From IMG/VR virus record IMGVR_UViG_3300016476_001378: DNA of 64,000 nt, one strand, 5' to 3'. The notes beneath the pieces were generated by a model that searched no databases, was not told the origin of the DNA, and saw nothing but the letters and a program-made list of their open reading frames with translations. Origin of the DNA: a virus (Duplodnaviria; Caudoviricetes). Shown piece after piece: positions 18,690 to 28,433 of this stretch. How positions within the stretch are numbered: position 1 is the stretch's first letter; each line of letters starts with the position of its first letter. Both the position numbers and the translations under genes were made by a program.

Positions 18690-19187
18690 ATGCGAACTAT
18701 CGAAGCACAACTACATGACATTCTTTTAGACTTAGTACCCGATCAGTACTCTGCAATTAGCCAGGCGAAAATCGTAGCTGAGGCTGCAGATATTTACTAC
18801 AAGGCTAACAAGGCTAACACTAGAACCTCAGCTGCTAAAAGAGGCGAAACTGGCTTGGTAAAAGCCCTCTGGACTGCATTAGCTTCCTTGTCTTTGGAAG
18901 AAGATTATGAGTATGATGAGCCTAGCTATGTAGACGGATTTGGCATGGATCCAAATCAAATCGTTAGAAGTGCTGTAAGTAAAAGTAATAAAGTTAATTT
19001 CAAAATGTCCAAGAAAGCTATGGAAATCCTCAATGATGAAGATCTTTCAGTTTTCTTAGACGAAGAAATAGAAAACGAATACAATTTTGATGATGCAACA
19101 GATGATTATCTTCATCCTATGGAAAACTTTAAATCTCCTGGAGATCCAAAGCATCACACTGATTCCAGAATTATTCCAGGTTTCTAA
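18690..19187 (+). CDS. Hypothetical acidic protein; candidate head or scaffold-associated protein
   Basis: ATG at 18690; internal RTSA, RSA and KKA sites. Confidence 0.6.
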   Translation: MRTIEAQLHDILLDLVPDQYSAISQAKIVAEAADIYYKANKANTRTSAAKRGETGLVKALWTALASLSLEEDYEYDEPSYVDGFGMDPNQIVRSAVSKSNKVNFKMSKKAMEILNDEDLSVFLDEEIENEYNFDDATDDYLHPMENFKSPGDPKHHTDSRIIPGF

Positions 19188-19870
19188 TGGGCAAATTGTT
19201 TAGAGCAGCTCAATACGCTTCAGCTCCAACTGAACCAGCTCCAGCCCCTCCTCCAGCGCCAGCTGCAGATCCTTTGGCTGGATTAGGTGGTGGTATGCCT
19301 CCAATGCCACCGTCTATGGGCATGCCTACAGATCCTATGGCTTCTTCCGCGCCTGCGCCAATGCCTCCTCCACCTACTGGTGAGAGACAAGAAATCATTG
19401 GCCCCATTTCTTCACCATCGCAAATGTTTTATGACATGGATCTTGCAAGATACATACAAAATAATTTGCAACTAGATGCTGATGCTTTAGCCAAGAAGGT
19501 CTGGGAAGCTTACGGCGGTAAGCCAAACGGTCAACCAGATGCAAGTAAAGTAGGGGCCAGAACAGACAGCTACACTGATCATACACCAGAGCAAGCTCAG
19601 GCTGAGCGCAAGGCAACTGAAAACTCAAAATGGAAAAGACTTGAAGCTGGCAAAACAATTGCAGACATCGTGTCTTACGATGACCTTGGCAAAATTGTTT
19701 CTGGGCTCATTTTTGGTGTAATTCAAAAGGTCATAACCCAGTCTATGGCACCTCCAGGTGGTGCTGCAATGGCCTCAAATAGAGCAAGAATTATTATTGC
19801 AAAAAATTTAGAAAAAGAATATCTTTTCAAACAATCCGATGCGATAATTAAAGAAATATTTAAAAATTAA
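19187..19870 (+). CDS. Pro-rich protein with an 'LFRAAQ' leader; candidate head protein
   Basis: TAATG coupling to the upstream gene; Pro/Met-rich N-terminus. Confidence 0.65.
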   Translation: MGKLFRAAQYASAPTEPAPAPPPAPAADPLAGLGGGMPPMPPSMGMPTDPMASSAPAPMPPPPTGERQEIIGPISSPSQMFYDMDLARYIQNNLQLDADALAKKVWEAYGGKPNGQPDASKVGARTDSYTDHTPEQAQAERKATENSKWKRLEAGKTIADIVSYDDLGKIVSGLIFGVIQKVITQSMAPPGGAAMASNRARIIIAKNLEKEYLFKQSDAIIKEIFKN

Positions 19871-19899
19871 GCCCCAAATCAGGGGCTTAATGCTTTTTT
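19866..19899 (+). terminator. Intrinsic terminator
   Basis: ATTAAGCCCC-aaatca-GGGGCTTAAT then gcTTTTTT. Confidence 0.75.
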
Positions 19900-19969
19900 G
19901 CCTTGATTCAAACGATAATCTAGTATCTTAGATAAGAGATTCCGTTTTTGGAATCAGTAAGGCAAAAAA
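19894..19969 (+). promoter_or_regulatory. gyrB promoter (ACGATAAT) within a long-range RBS-sequestering inverted repeat
   Basis: TTTTTTGCCTTGATTC (19894-19909) pairs with GAATCA-gta-AGGCAAAAAA (19951-19969). Confidence 0.5.
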
Positions 19970-21925
19970 ATGACTAAAACTCAAGACACAATCCAAGTAC
20001 TAAAAGGGCTAGAGGCAGTAAGGCTTCGCCCAGGTATGTACATCGGAGGAACAGACAAGAAGGCCCTCCACCACATCTTGTGGGAAGTATTTGATAACTC
20101 TGTTGATGAACACATGGCAAAAGATGCCAAGGGTAATCCATACTGCACAACAATTCAAGTTACAATTCACGAAGATGGTGAAACTGTCACTGTTTCCGAT
20201 AATGGTCGTGGAATTCCTGTAACTGTCCATAGCGAATATCAAGCAGAAGGTATTACGCAGCTTGAGTTAGCACTTACAAAGCTCCATGCAGGTGGTAAAT
20301 TCACTCACGATACTGCAACAGGTGGCCTTCACGGAGTTGGTGTAAGTTGTGTCAATGCTGTTTCTGATAATTTTACTGCAACTATTTATCGCGATGGTGG
20401 AGTTTTTCAACAGACATTTGCACAGGGTATCCCTACTTCAAAGACTGAAAGAGTTGGTGATTCCAATAATCATGGAACCACTATTACATTTCATCCTGAT
20501 AAAGAAATTTTTACAGATACAATCAAGTATGATGAGGAAATCATTATTGCGAGACTGAGAGAGTCTGCAATGCTTAATGGGGGCCTCTCAATTAAGTTTG
20601 TAAACAAGGCAACTGGTCGCAAAGAGAACTTCATCTATCAAAGCGGAATTGCAGATTATGTCAAGTATTTGACAACTAATAAGAATGGCATCTATCCCTC
20701 TGAGCCAGTTAGTGGAAGCGGTGATTATAGCCATCCTCAAACAGGCAAAAAAGTTCATGTTCAGTTTGCAATGCAATACGCAGAAGATGATGCAGAAACC
20801 ATTAAGGTGTTCGCGAATAACATTCACAATCCCGATGGTGGAACCCATCTTTCTGGCTTTAAGACCTGTTTGACAAGAATTATTAATCAGTACGCACGTT
20901 CTTCTGGAGCATTAAAGGAAAAGTCCCCAAACTTATCTGGTGATGACATTAGAGAAGGCATTATTTGTGTAATCTCTGTTCGTATTCCCCAACCTCAGTT
21001 TGAATCACAGACTAAAGTCAAGCTTGTTAGTGGCGAAGCAGAAAGTGCTGTAAACACAGTTGTATCTGAGTACCTTATTGATTTCTTTGATAAGAATCCA
21101 GCTATTATTTCACAAATTGTAAAGAGAGCTGTTACTGCACAAGAAGCTCGTGAGGCTGCAAAGAAGACTCAAGAAATGATTAAAAGAAAGTCAGTTCTTG
21201 GTAAGTCTTATCGTCTCCCGGGGAAGCTTTCTGATTGTAATAGTGAAGACAGATCACGTACTGAATTATTCCTAGTTGAAGGAGATTCGGCTGCTGGACC
21301 TGCTGTCAATGGCAGAGATGCAGAATTTCAGGCTGTATTACCACTTCGTGGTAAAATTATCAATGCAGAAAAGCATGATTTGGCCTCTTTATTAAAAAAT
21401 ACTGAAATTCAAGATCTTATTTCAGCCATAGGAACAGGCATTTCTATCGGCAGTGAAGATAATGACTTTGACATCAATAAGCTTCGTTATGACAAGATTG
21501 TTATATTAACTGACGCTGACGTTGATGGAGCACACATTTCAACTCTTATCTTGGCTTTCTTCTACAGATTGATGCCAGAGTTAGTTCTCAAGGGACACAT
21601 TTATCTTGCCAAGCCACCTCTATTTAGAGTCAAGTATGGTAAAGAATCCCATTATGCATTCACTATTGAGGAAAGAGATTCTATCATCGCAAAAGCCAAA
21701 GGCAAAGTAGAAGTAACACGCTTTAAAGGCCTTGGCGAAATGAACTTTGATGAACTTCGCGATACCACTATGGATGTACAGACACGAAGATTAATAAGGA
21801 TTGAAGTAGAAGACAAGATTGAAGCCGATAGCATGCTTTCTATTTTAATGGGTAACAACATCGCCGCAAGAAAAGAGCACATTGTAGAGAAATCTCTTAC
21901 ACGCTCAACCCAAATGGCAAATTAA
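19970..21925 (+). CDS. gyrB: DNA gyrase subunit B
   Basis: 'VRLRPGMYIG', 'EVFDNSVDE', 'GGLHGVG', 'VEGDSA', 'PLRGKI', 'TDADVDG', 'FKGLGEM'. Confidence 0.96.
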   Translation: MTKTQDTIQVLKGLEAVRLRPGMYIGGTDKKALHHILWEVFDNSVDEHMAKDAKGNPYCTTIQVTIHEDGETVTVSDNGRGIPVTVHSEYQAEGITQLELALTKLHAGGKFTHDTATGGLHGVGVSCVNAVSDNFTATIYRDGGVFQQTFAQGIPTSKTERVGDSNNHGTTITFHPDKEIFTDTIKYDEEIIIARLRESAMLNGGLSIKFVNKATGRKENFIYQSGIADYVKYLTTNKNGIYPSEPVSGSGDYSHPQTGKKVHVQFAMQYAEDDAETIKVFANNIHNPDGGTHLSGFKTCLTRIINQYARSSGALKEKSPNLSGDDIREGIICVISVRIPQPQFESQTKVKLVSGEAESAVNTVVSEYLIDFFDKNPAIISQIVKRAVTAQEAREAAKKTQEMIKRKSVLGKSYRLPGKLSDCNSEDRSRTELFLVEGDSAAGPAVNGRDAEFQAVLPLRGKIINAEKHDLASLLKNTEIQDLISAIGTGISIGSEDNDFDINKLRYDKIVILTDADVDGAHISTLILAFFYRLMPELVLKGHIYLAKPPLFRVKYGKESHYAFTIEERDSIIAKAKGKVEVTRFKGLGEMNFDELRDTTMDVQTRRLIRIEVEDKIEADSMLSILMGNNIAARKEHIVEKSLTRSTQMAN

Positions 21926-21936
21926 GGAAAATACAA

Positions 21937-24459
21937 ATGGCAAAAATTAAAGAACCTGTAGTAGTGCAAAACATTACTGAAGTTATTGAGAATGCACCTT
22001 TCTCTAAGATCATAGATGAAAGATACATGAATTACACCTTTCATGTCATGGAAGATCGTGCAATTCCTGATGCTAGAGATGGACTAAAGCCTGTTCAGCG
22101 CCGCATTCTTTTTGGCATGAAGGACCTCAATAGCAAGGCCAGTGGAACAACTACAAAGTCTGCCAAGATTGTGGGCCATGTTATGGGTAACTACCATCCG
22201 CATGGAGATGCTGCAATCTATGACACACTGGTCAACATGACTCAGGACTGGAAAGCACGTCATCCTCTAACTATTGGCCAGGGCAACTGGGGTTCACTCC
22301 ATGGGCATCCTGCTGCTGCTCAGCGTTATACTGAGTGTAAGTTATCGCGTTTTGGAGAGGCTGTTCTTGACGATGTTAATCAAGACGTAGTACCTTTTGA
22401 GCCAAACTACAATGATGAAATGAAGATGCCAACAGTTCTTCCATCAAAGCTTCCTAACTTACTTGTGAATGGCACTGCTGGCATCGCTGTAGGTGTAGCT
22501 ACAAAGATACCACCGCATAATCTTAAAGAAGTCTCAGCCCTTATTTCTAAATACATTGAAAGCAATGGTAAATTAAACACCGATGAAATTATTTCTATTA
22601 TGCCTGGTCCAGACTTTCCAACAGGAGGCGTTATCAGGGGTCAAAAAGGCATTAGAGATTATTACGAGACCGGGAGAGGCTCTGTTGTCATTGACGGTAT
22701 TTACGAAATTGAGGTTGATGACAAAGGCCGCCAAAAGATTGTCATTACCGGCTTACCGTACGGCGCTAATCCTTCAGAATTGGCTGAAAAAATCGAAGAG
22801 CTCGTAAGAGAAAAGCGCATCGATGGCATTGAAGATCTCAAAGACTTATCGCATGGCAAGAATGGTCAAACCATTGTCAAGGTAGTGGTTTATGTTTCCA
22901 AGACTGGAAATGCAAATCTTATTATCAACCAACTTTTGAAGGCAACTAATTTAAGAATGTCTTTCAATGTGAACAATACTGTTACAGTTGAAAAGCGAAT
23001 CATTGAAAATGCACCAGTTCTTAAGCTTGTAGAAATCTTTGTAGACCACAGAAAGCAAGTTCTTACAAATCGTTTCCAGTCAGAATTAAATGATAATGAA
23101 GCAAGAATGCACATTCTCGAAGGTCTCATTGCAGTTAGTTCTAGGATAGATGAAGCCATTGCTTTGATTAGGGCTTCTGATAGTCCTGCAGAGGCTTCAC
23201 AGAACCTGATTAGCAAGGGCTTAGTGAAGTCTGAAGAGCAAGCCAAGGCTGTTTTGGCTATCACATTGTCAAGATTGACAAAGCTTGAAGCTGACAGACT
23301 CTTGGTTGAAAAGGATGAACTTTCAAAGCGTAATGAATGGCTCCAAGGAGTGCTTGCTAATGAGAAGAAAATTCTTAAGATTGTAGCAAAGGAAACTGAA
23401 GACCTTGCAAAGGTTATGGGAACAGAAAGAGCAACTGCAATTGGGACATCTCCAGACGAAATTACAACTGAAGATTTGATTCCCGAAGAGAAGTGTGTTA
23501 TCTCTTTGACAAAAGATGGATACATCAAGCGCCTTCCACTTTCTGCATACCGTGTACAGAGTCGTGGTGGCCGTGGTGTAACAAACCTTTCAAAGGCAAA
23601 TGAAGAGGCCTCTGAATTATTTATTGCATCAACACACGAATTAATCTTGTTCTTCACCAATACTGGCCTCATGTTTAAGAAGAAGGGCTATGAGATTCCT
23701 GAATTTACTCGCACCCACAAGGGTATCCATCTTGCCAATCTGCTCGACCTTGGTCAAGAAGAAAAGATTGCTGGTTTCATTCCTCTGAAGTCTTTGGATG
23801 CAGATGGTTACATTGTGATGGTTACTCGCTATGGAAAGATTAAGCGTAGCTACATCCGTGATTACAATACTAATCTAAAGACTAAGGGCCTCAAGGCTAT
23901 TCTTCTAAGTGAAGGTGATGAAGTTGCTTATGTTGGAGAGACAAACGGCAACAAGGACATTTTCCTTGTAACGACTTTGGGCAAAGCAGTTAGATACTCA
24001 GAAGAGAATGTGACAATCACAGGCCGCGCAACCCAGGGTGTCAAGGCCATGAATCTTGCAGATGGTGATGCTGTAGCTCAGTTGTTAGTATTGTCTGCAG
24101 ATGAAAATCCAGACATTCTAGTGGCAACATCGCAAGGTTATGCAAAGAGAACAAATGCAAGTGAGTACCGATCAACATCTGGGCGAAATGTCAGAGGAGT
24201 CAATACAATCGATCAGATTAAATTTGACAGAAATGGCTCAATCGTTTCTGCAAGTACAGTGAGCGATGGTGATACTCTTATCGTACTAACGAAAAAGGGT
24301 CAAATTATACAGATACCAGTTGATGACATCAGATCCACAGGGCGAAACACAATGGGTGTTAGAATAGTTAGGCTAGACTTAACTGACTCACTCACTGCGA
24401 TCGCAAAGGTGACAGATGGAGTTGCCCAAGCCGAAAGGGTGGCAGAAGAAACCCTATAA
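21937..24459 (+). CDS. gyrA: DNA gyrase subunit A
   Basis: 'DGLKPVQRR', 'YHPHGD', catalytic 'AAQRYTE', GyrA box QSRGGRG and pinwheel repeats. Confidence 0.96.
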   Translation: MAKIKEPVVVQNITEVIENAPFSKIIDERYMNYTFHVMEDRAIPDARDGLKPVQRRILFGMKDLNSKASGTTTKSAKIVGHVMGNYHPHGDAAIYDTLVNMTQDWKARHPLTIGQGNWGSLHGHPAAAQRYTECKLSRFGEAVLDDVNQDVVPFEPNYNDEMKMPTVLPSKLPNLLVNGTAGIAVGVATKIPPHNLKEVSALISKYIESNGKLNTDEIISIMPGPDFPTGGVIRGQKGIRDYYETGRGSVVIDGIYEIEVDDKGRQKIVITGLPYGANPSELAEKIEELVREKRIDGIEDLKDLSHGKNGQTIVKVVVYVSKTGNANLIINQLLKATNLRMSFNVNNTVTVEKRIIENAPVLKLVEIFVDHRKQVLTNRFQSELNDNEARMHILEGLIAVSSRIDEAIALIRASDSPAEASQNLISKGLVKSEEQAKAVLAITLSRLTKLEADRLLVEKDELSKRNEWLQGVLANEKKILKIVAKETEDLAKVMGTERATAIGTSPDEITTEDLIPEEKCVISLTKDGYIKRLPLSAYRVQSRGGRGVTNLSKANEEASELFIASTHELILFFTNTGLMFKKKGYEIPEFTRTHKGIHLANLLDLGQEEKIAGFIPLKSLDADGYIVMVTRYGKIKRSYIRDYNTNLKTKGLKAILLSEGDEVAYVGETNGNKDIFLVTTLGKAVRYSEENVTITGRATQGVKAMNLADGDAVAQLLVLSADENPDILVATSQGYAKRTNASEYRSTSGRNVRGVNTIDQIKFDRNGSIVSASTVSDGDTLIVLTKKGQIIQIPVDDIRSTGRNTMGVRIVRLDLTDSLTAIAKVTDGVAQAERVAEETL

Positions 24460-24525
24460 AAAGAGGCCCAGCATAAGCTGGGCCTCTTTTGTTTTACAGG
24501 ACAAACACTCTCTTAAAATTAAATA
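24459..24525 (+). terminator. Terminator followed by a putative late promoter
   Basis: AAAAGAGGCCCAGC-ataa-GCTGGGCCTCTTTT, then AGG(24498)-N19-TAAATA. Confidence 0.85.
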
Positions 24526-24535
24526 ATAAACTATT

Positions 24536-25531
24536 ATGGCCAGAAGAAAAAAATCATCTAATGTTTTTCAGGCAATGTCCGACCCAACAACAATAGCTCC
24601 AGGCTTGAATTCAAGAATGGAAGTCGGATCAGGCTTGCTTATTAGATCAATTCGAGTAAATGGTAATTATCTCTTAGTAAGCAATTGCGAAATACAAAGA
24701 AAACAAGACATAGATGTAAAGTGGTTTATCCAAGGCGGACCAAGATCTTCTATAGCAGACATAGGTAAAAAATGGATTGAAGGTCAAATTACATTTCCTT
24801 TAAGAGTTGATCGCAATGGCGATGTGTTGACCCCAATAAGAGAACTGCTTCTTAATGCAGAAAATCCAGCAAGTACTTTAAAAATAGATACTAATCATTT
24901 ATTGTCGCACTTGACTTTAACAGCTGAAGATGGTGGTTCAGATAATAATTCACTAGTGTCTCTCGATGGATTAGTTGTAAAATCTTTGACCATTTCTGCA
25001 GCTCCAGAAAAGGATGTTGAAATTGTGTGTCAACTTTATGGCACCATAGATTTGAGAACTCCTGGAGATTATGTCAATCCAGAAGATGTGGCTATAACAA
25101 GAAAAATAACCTGGGCAGATTGCGACGCAAGTAGATTTAGTTCGGCAATGAGAACTGTTTCCAACATGGAATTTAAAATAGAGAATACTATTCAAGAAAC
25201 AGTTTTTCTAACAAACATGTATGAGCAAAGAGATGATCAAATTAAATACTTTGGTGTAAAAGAGGTCAGATGGCAAGGCGCATACGAAGAATTTTTAAGA
25301 TTGGGTGCAGAAACGGAAAATTACTTCCATGGTGGTTGGAAAGTCGGAGAAAATGTAATTTTTAATTTTGGGGCAGTCAGATTTTTGTCCAGAGTCCCAC
25401 TTTTTCAAGTTTCAGAACAGCCATTAACTTCCAAGTTTTTGATAAGAAAATCAAAATTTTTATCCTTAACATCACCTGACCCAAACAATTCAACAGGTAA
25501 ATTAATTTATTTTGCAGAAGATGTAATTTGA
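24536..25531 (+). CDS. Tail-tube-like protein (minor paralog)
   Basis: Beta-rich; shares the 'RK.D…K…QG…S.I.DIG…E…IT.P' motif with the next gene. Confidence 0.55.
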   Translation: MARRKKSSNVFQAMSDPTTIAPGLNSRMEVGSGLLIRSIRVNGNYLLVSNCEIQRKQDIDVKWFIQGGPRSSIADIGKKWIEGQITFPLRVDRNGDVLTPIRELLLNAENPASTLKIDTNHLLSHLTLTAEDGGSDNNSLVSLDGLVVKSLTISAAPEKDVEIVCQLYGTIDLRTPGDYVNPEDVAITRKITWADCDASRFSSAMRTVSNMEFKIENTIQETVFLTNMYEQRDDQIKYFGVKEVRWQGAYEEFLRLGAETENYFHGGWKVGENVIFNFGAVRFLSRVPLFQVSEQPLTSKFLIRKSKFLSLTSPDPNNSTGKLIYFAEDVI

Positions 25532-25571
25532 ACCTTTGTTATATCTTAGTTTGTTTCCGGTCGAAATAAAA

Positions 25572-25598
25572 AGGTATTTTAAAAATAGACCAGAAATA
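25572..25598 (+). promoter_or_regulatory. Putative late promoter AGG-N18-GAAATA
   Basis: Upstream of the TAAGGAG RBS of a highly expressed gene. Confidence 0.45.
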
Positions 25599-25624
25599 AT
25601 CGTTTTGTAAGGAGAAAATATCCA

Positions 25625-26764
25625 ATGCCAATTAGAAATCAGCTATTCGGTGTATATAAGTTGCTTCAACTTAAGGGTGCCGATGGTAACTACAGACCAT
25701 ACGTTGTAGACCGTGCTTCCCGCAACAGAAAGATGGACGTCGAGGCTAAGAACTATGTTCAAGGCACTGCAAAGTCAAGAATCCTTGACATCGGCGCTAT
25801 CAGCGAAGAGATCGAAATCACTCTTCCTATCCTTTTGGGTGGCGCACAGGTCATGGACGGCAGAAGCCTTGTTAGCTATTATTTAACACAGGCTCTCAAT
25901 GAGACAACCACAGTTCTTCCTCTCATTACATCAGCTACAATCACAATTTCCAGTGACGCTGGTGCATCTGTTAACGTTAGAATGCTCTCTGATGGTCGTC
26001 CATCTACAGGTGCTTTCCGTGTAACAAACTTGCCAATCGACGCGCTTACAGTCAGTGGTGTAACATCCCCATTAGACCCAACTGCAACAGGTGCTGGCAA
26101 CGGTCCTTCAAGAGTTGCTAAGTTCTATGACTTTAGAGCTAAGATCGGTAAGTATGTTTACTACATCATGGAAGCGTCCATTACCATTACCGTTAAGACA
26201 GAAAAGAAGTACTTTATCGCTGGTGTCAAGGATGCCAACGCATGGACAACAACACAGCAGTACGTTGCATCTGCTATGGGTTCTGGTGCTACTGGTAACC
26301 CACTCAAGTCCACAGACTCAAACAACTTCTACAACTTCAACACACAGTTCCCATTCATCGGTGTATCTGGTATCTCCGTTGAAGGCAAGGGCAAAGCTGC
26401 TGTAGAACTTACAGACGCTTCTACACCTAAAGACTACGACTTCGAAGACTATAACACTCCTGCTGCACAGTGGGAAGCTGTTAACGTTGACCTTTCCCCA
26501 GATGGTGGTGGCGATGGTAAGCAATACGAACTCACATGGCAGAGACCAGGTGAAGTTCTTACAGCTGCTTACATGGCTGGCGACCCATCACAGGCAGGCT
26601 TTATGCTTCAGATTTGGGATCCAACATCTGGCGTTTCTGGTGCATGGACAAACCTCTTGGGTGACGTTCTTGACCTCAGCGCAAGCGTTGTTAAGTCATC
26701 CAACTTCATTGTTACTACCGGTGTTCTTACCGCTGACTTTGAGTTCACCAACTGGGTTAAGTAA
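25625..26764 (+). CDS. Major structural protein, probably tail tube
   Basis: Strong C-ending codon bias, strong RBS, its own terminator, and a tube-like beta pattern. Confidence 0.6.
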   Translation: MPIRNQLFGVYKLLQLKGADGNYRPYVVDRASRNRKMDVEAKNYVQGTAKSRILDIGAISEEIEITLPILLGGAQVMDGRSLVSYYLTQALNETTTVLPLITSATITISSDAGASVNVRMLSDGRPSTGAFRVTNLPIDALTVSGVTSPLDPTATGAGNGPSRVAKFYDFRAKIGKYVYYIMEASITITVKTEKKYFIAGVKDANAWTTTQQYVASAMGSGATGNPLKSTDSNNFYNFNTQFPFIGVSGISVEGKGKAAVELTDASTPKDYDFEDYNTPAAQWEAVNVDLSPDGGGDGKQYELTWQRPGEVLTAAYMAGDPSQAGFMLQIWDPTSGVSGAWTNLLGDVLDLSASVVKSSNFIVTTGVLTADFEFTNWVK

Positions 26765-26789
26765 TCTTACTTTTCTCGTTGGCTTAATG

Positions 26790-26822
26790 AAAATAACCTC
26801 CCGAAAGGGAGGTTATTTTTTA
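26790..26822. terminator. Bidirectional intrinsic terminator
   Basis: AAAATAACCTCCC-GAAA-GGGAGGTTATTTT between convergent genes. Confidence 0.92.
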
Positions 26823-27326
26823 TTCTTCATCTTCTTGACCATACTCATTTTCAAAGTTACTATAGTCATCCATTTGCTCTAGTGCTATTTTAGTAATTTT
26901 CATAGGGGCCTCTGTCATATTTGCCAAGACTAGTCCATCCCCTGCACTGCAAACTTTGTAAATAGTTCTACCTTTGTGATCTTTCCAATGCATTCTGGCG
27001 TACAGCATGTCGCCCTTTTTTGATTCTATAACTGCTTGAATCAATTTAAATTGAACCATTTCCATAGTGTCTAAATACATTTGATAAATAGTTCTTAAAT
27101 GAGAATTATCTAAACATCCAGAGGCAGCAAATGTAAACATCGTCCCCTCTATGCCGTTTAACTCAATTCCAACCATTTTATTATTTGCAGTTAAAAGGAC
27201 AAGTGCTTGTCCTTCTTGAGTATCAACTGTGAGCTTGTAAAATTCCAAATCATAAAGCTCTAAATCTTGGGTAGATTTAAGATGCTTTAAAAATTCACTA
27301 TCATCTGGAACTTTGGAATAAATCAT
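26820..27326 (-). CDS. Bifunctional nuclease (DUF151/BFN)-like protein, divergent
   Basis: 'LVLL…IEL…E', 'VIESKKGDMLYARM', 'SAGDGLVLA…APM.I…ALE' (canonical RPSDAIALA…PI). Confidence 0.65.
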   Translation of the reverse strand: MIYSKVPDDSEFLKHLKSTQDLELYDLEFYKLTVDTQEGQALVLLTANNKMVGIELNGIEGTMFTFAASGCLDNSHLRTIYQMYLDTMEMVQFKLIQAVIESKKGDMLYARMHWKDHKGRTIYKVCSAGDGLVLANMTEAPMKITKIALEQMDDYSNFENEYGQEDEE

Positions 27327-27335
27327 ATTAATCTC

Positions 27336-27719
27336 CTAGTGATGACAAACTTTACAAGTCTGACACAATTTATTGTTCAACCAATGCGAAGCAGCTATTA
27401 CCAAGCCTCCACAAACAAGCAAAAGAACACCTTTTAGGCCCCAATCATTTTCATGGGCGTATCTGCCAAGCGCCAGCAGAGCCAGGCCTATGCTCATTAT
27501 GCTGTAAACTCTTTTGTCTTTATGCTGGCGGTATCCTAGACAGATTGAACCTATTGCCAGTGTAGCTGACAAAATAAAAACAAGCCATTCAAACCCTTCT
27601 GTTGCCAAAATTCCCAATCCAAAATAAGGTAAAAAAGTAACAATTAGGGGCATTACAGCACAATGAACTGCACAGGTTATACTAGTTGTCATTCCAAACT
27701 TATCTAAAATACTATTCAT
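27336..27719 (-). CDS. MerC-domain membrane protein
   Basis: 'LDKFG…S..CAVHC…P', four TM helices, 'GYRQH', C-terminal Cys/His tail. Confidence 0.85.
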   Translation of the reverse strand: MNSILDKFGMTTSITCAVHCAVMPLIVTFLPYFGLGILATEGFEWLVFILSATLAIGSICLGYRQHKDKRVYSIMSIGLALLALGRYAHENDWGLKGVLLLVCGGLVIAASHWLNNKLCQTCKVCHH

Positions 27720-28380
27720 CTATTAAATCCATCATACTTATTTGCTTTGGCTTATTAAAGCCAGCTACGACGTAAGAAGTTCTATGAACTCCTGGAATTA
27801 GACCATACTTATTAACAGCTTCTACATGAACTTTATTAATATAACCCTTGTGATCATAAAAATTATATTCTGGATATTGTTCTGCTATTTCTGCAACTTT
27901 GGCATCTCTGTAGTTTTTAGCAAGAATAGAAGCTGCTGCAACACAAGCACTTGTTGAATCTGCCTTTGGCATCATGATTTGTGGTTGTAGTTTCTTGCAA
28001 GGTGATTGATCAATTATAAATAGATCAACATTATCAAGGGTGAGGCCTATGCTTTTTACTGCGTTTTCTGCTGCATTGTACATAGCCATTTCATTAGCCC
28101 AGGTCAGGCCCCTTTTATCTATTTCATCGGGCGAAATTTCAGCAATTCCCCAACAATAAGAATTTTCTTTAATGTCCTTTTCAATAGACAATCTAGTTTT
28201 TTCATTTAGTTTTTTGCTATCATTAAGGCCTTGAATCATAACATCTGAATTTAAAATTACAGCTGCTGCAACTAGGGGACCACTCCAGCACCCTCTGCCT
28301 GTTTCGTCTGTTCCACAAATAAGCTTAATTCTTCTTTGTTTGCGGATCTTATTATCATAATCAAATAGTGCTTTGGACAT
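27712..28380 (-). CDS. rnhB: Ribonuclease HII
   Basis: 'GTDETGRG', 'GPLVAAAV', 'DSKKL', 'AAASILAK', 'HKGY', 'HRTSY'. Confidence 0.93.
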   Translation of the reverse strand: MSKALFDYDNKIRKQRRIKLICGTDETGRGCWSGPLVAAAVILNSDVMIQGLNDSKKLNEKTRLSIEKDIKENSYCWGIAEISPDEIDKRGLTWANEMAMYNAAENAVKSIGLTLDNVDLFIIDQSPCKKLQPQIMMPKADSTSACVAAASILAKNYRDAKVAEIAEQYPEYNFYDHKGYINKVHVEAVNKYGLIPGVHRTSYVVAGFNKPKQISMMDLIDE

Positions 28381-28385
28381 AGTTT

Positions 28386-28427
28386 ATTATCGTTTAAAAA
28401 AGCAGAGATCTATAAAAGACCTCTGCT
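28386..28427 (-). terminator. Terminator followed by an ACGATAAT -10 box (near-leaderless rnhB)
   Basis: AGCAGAG…CTCTGCT stem and T tract; GATAAT ends 5 nt before the ATG. Confidence 0.7.
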
Positions 28428-28433
28428 AGTAGA

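Noticed and set aside
22890-23672. 260-aa antisense ORF in gyrA, and the many other short overlapping ORFs in the track
   Set aside because: These are shadow frames of well-supported genes, with no RBS or recognisable motifs.
27336-27719. Mercury-resistance operon
   Set aside because: No merA, merR, merT or merP is present in the window.
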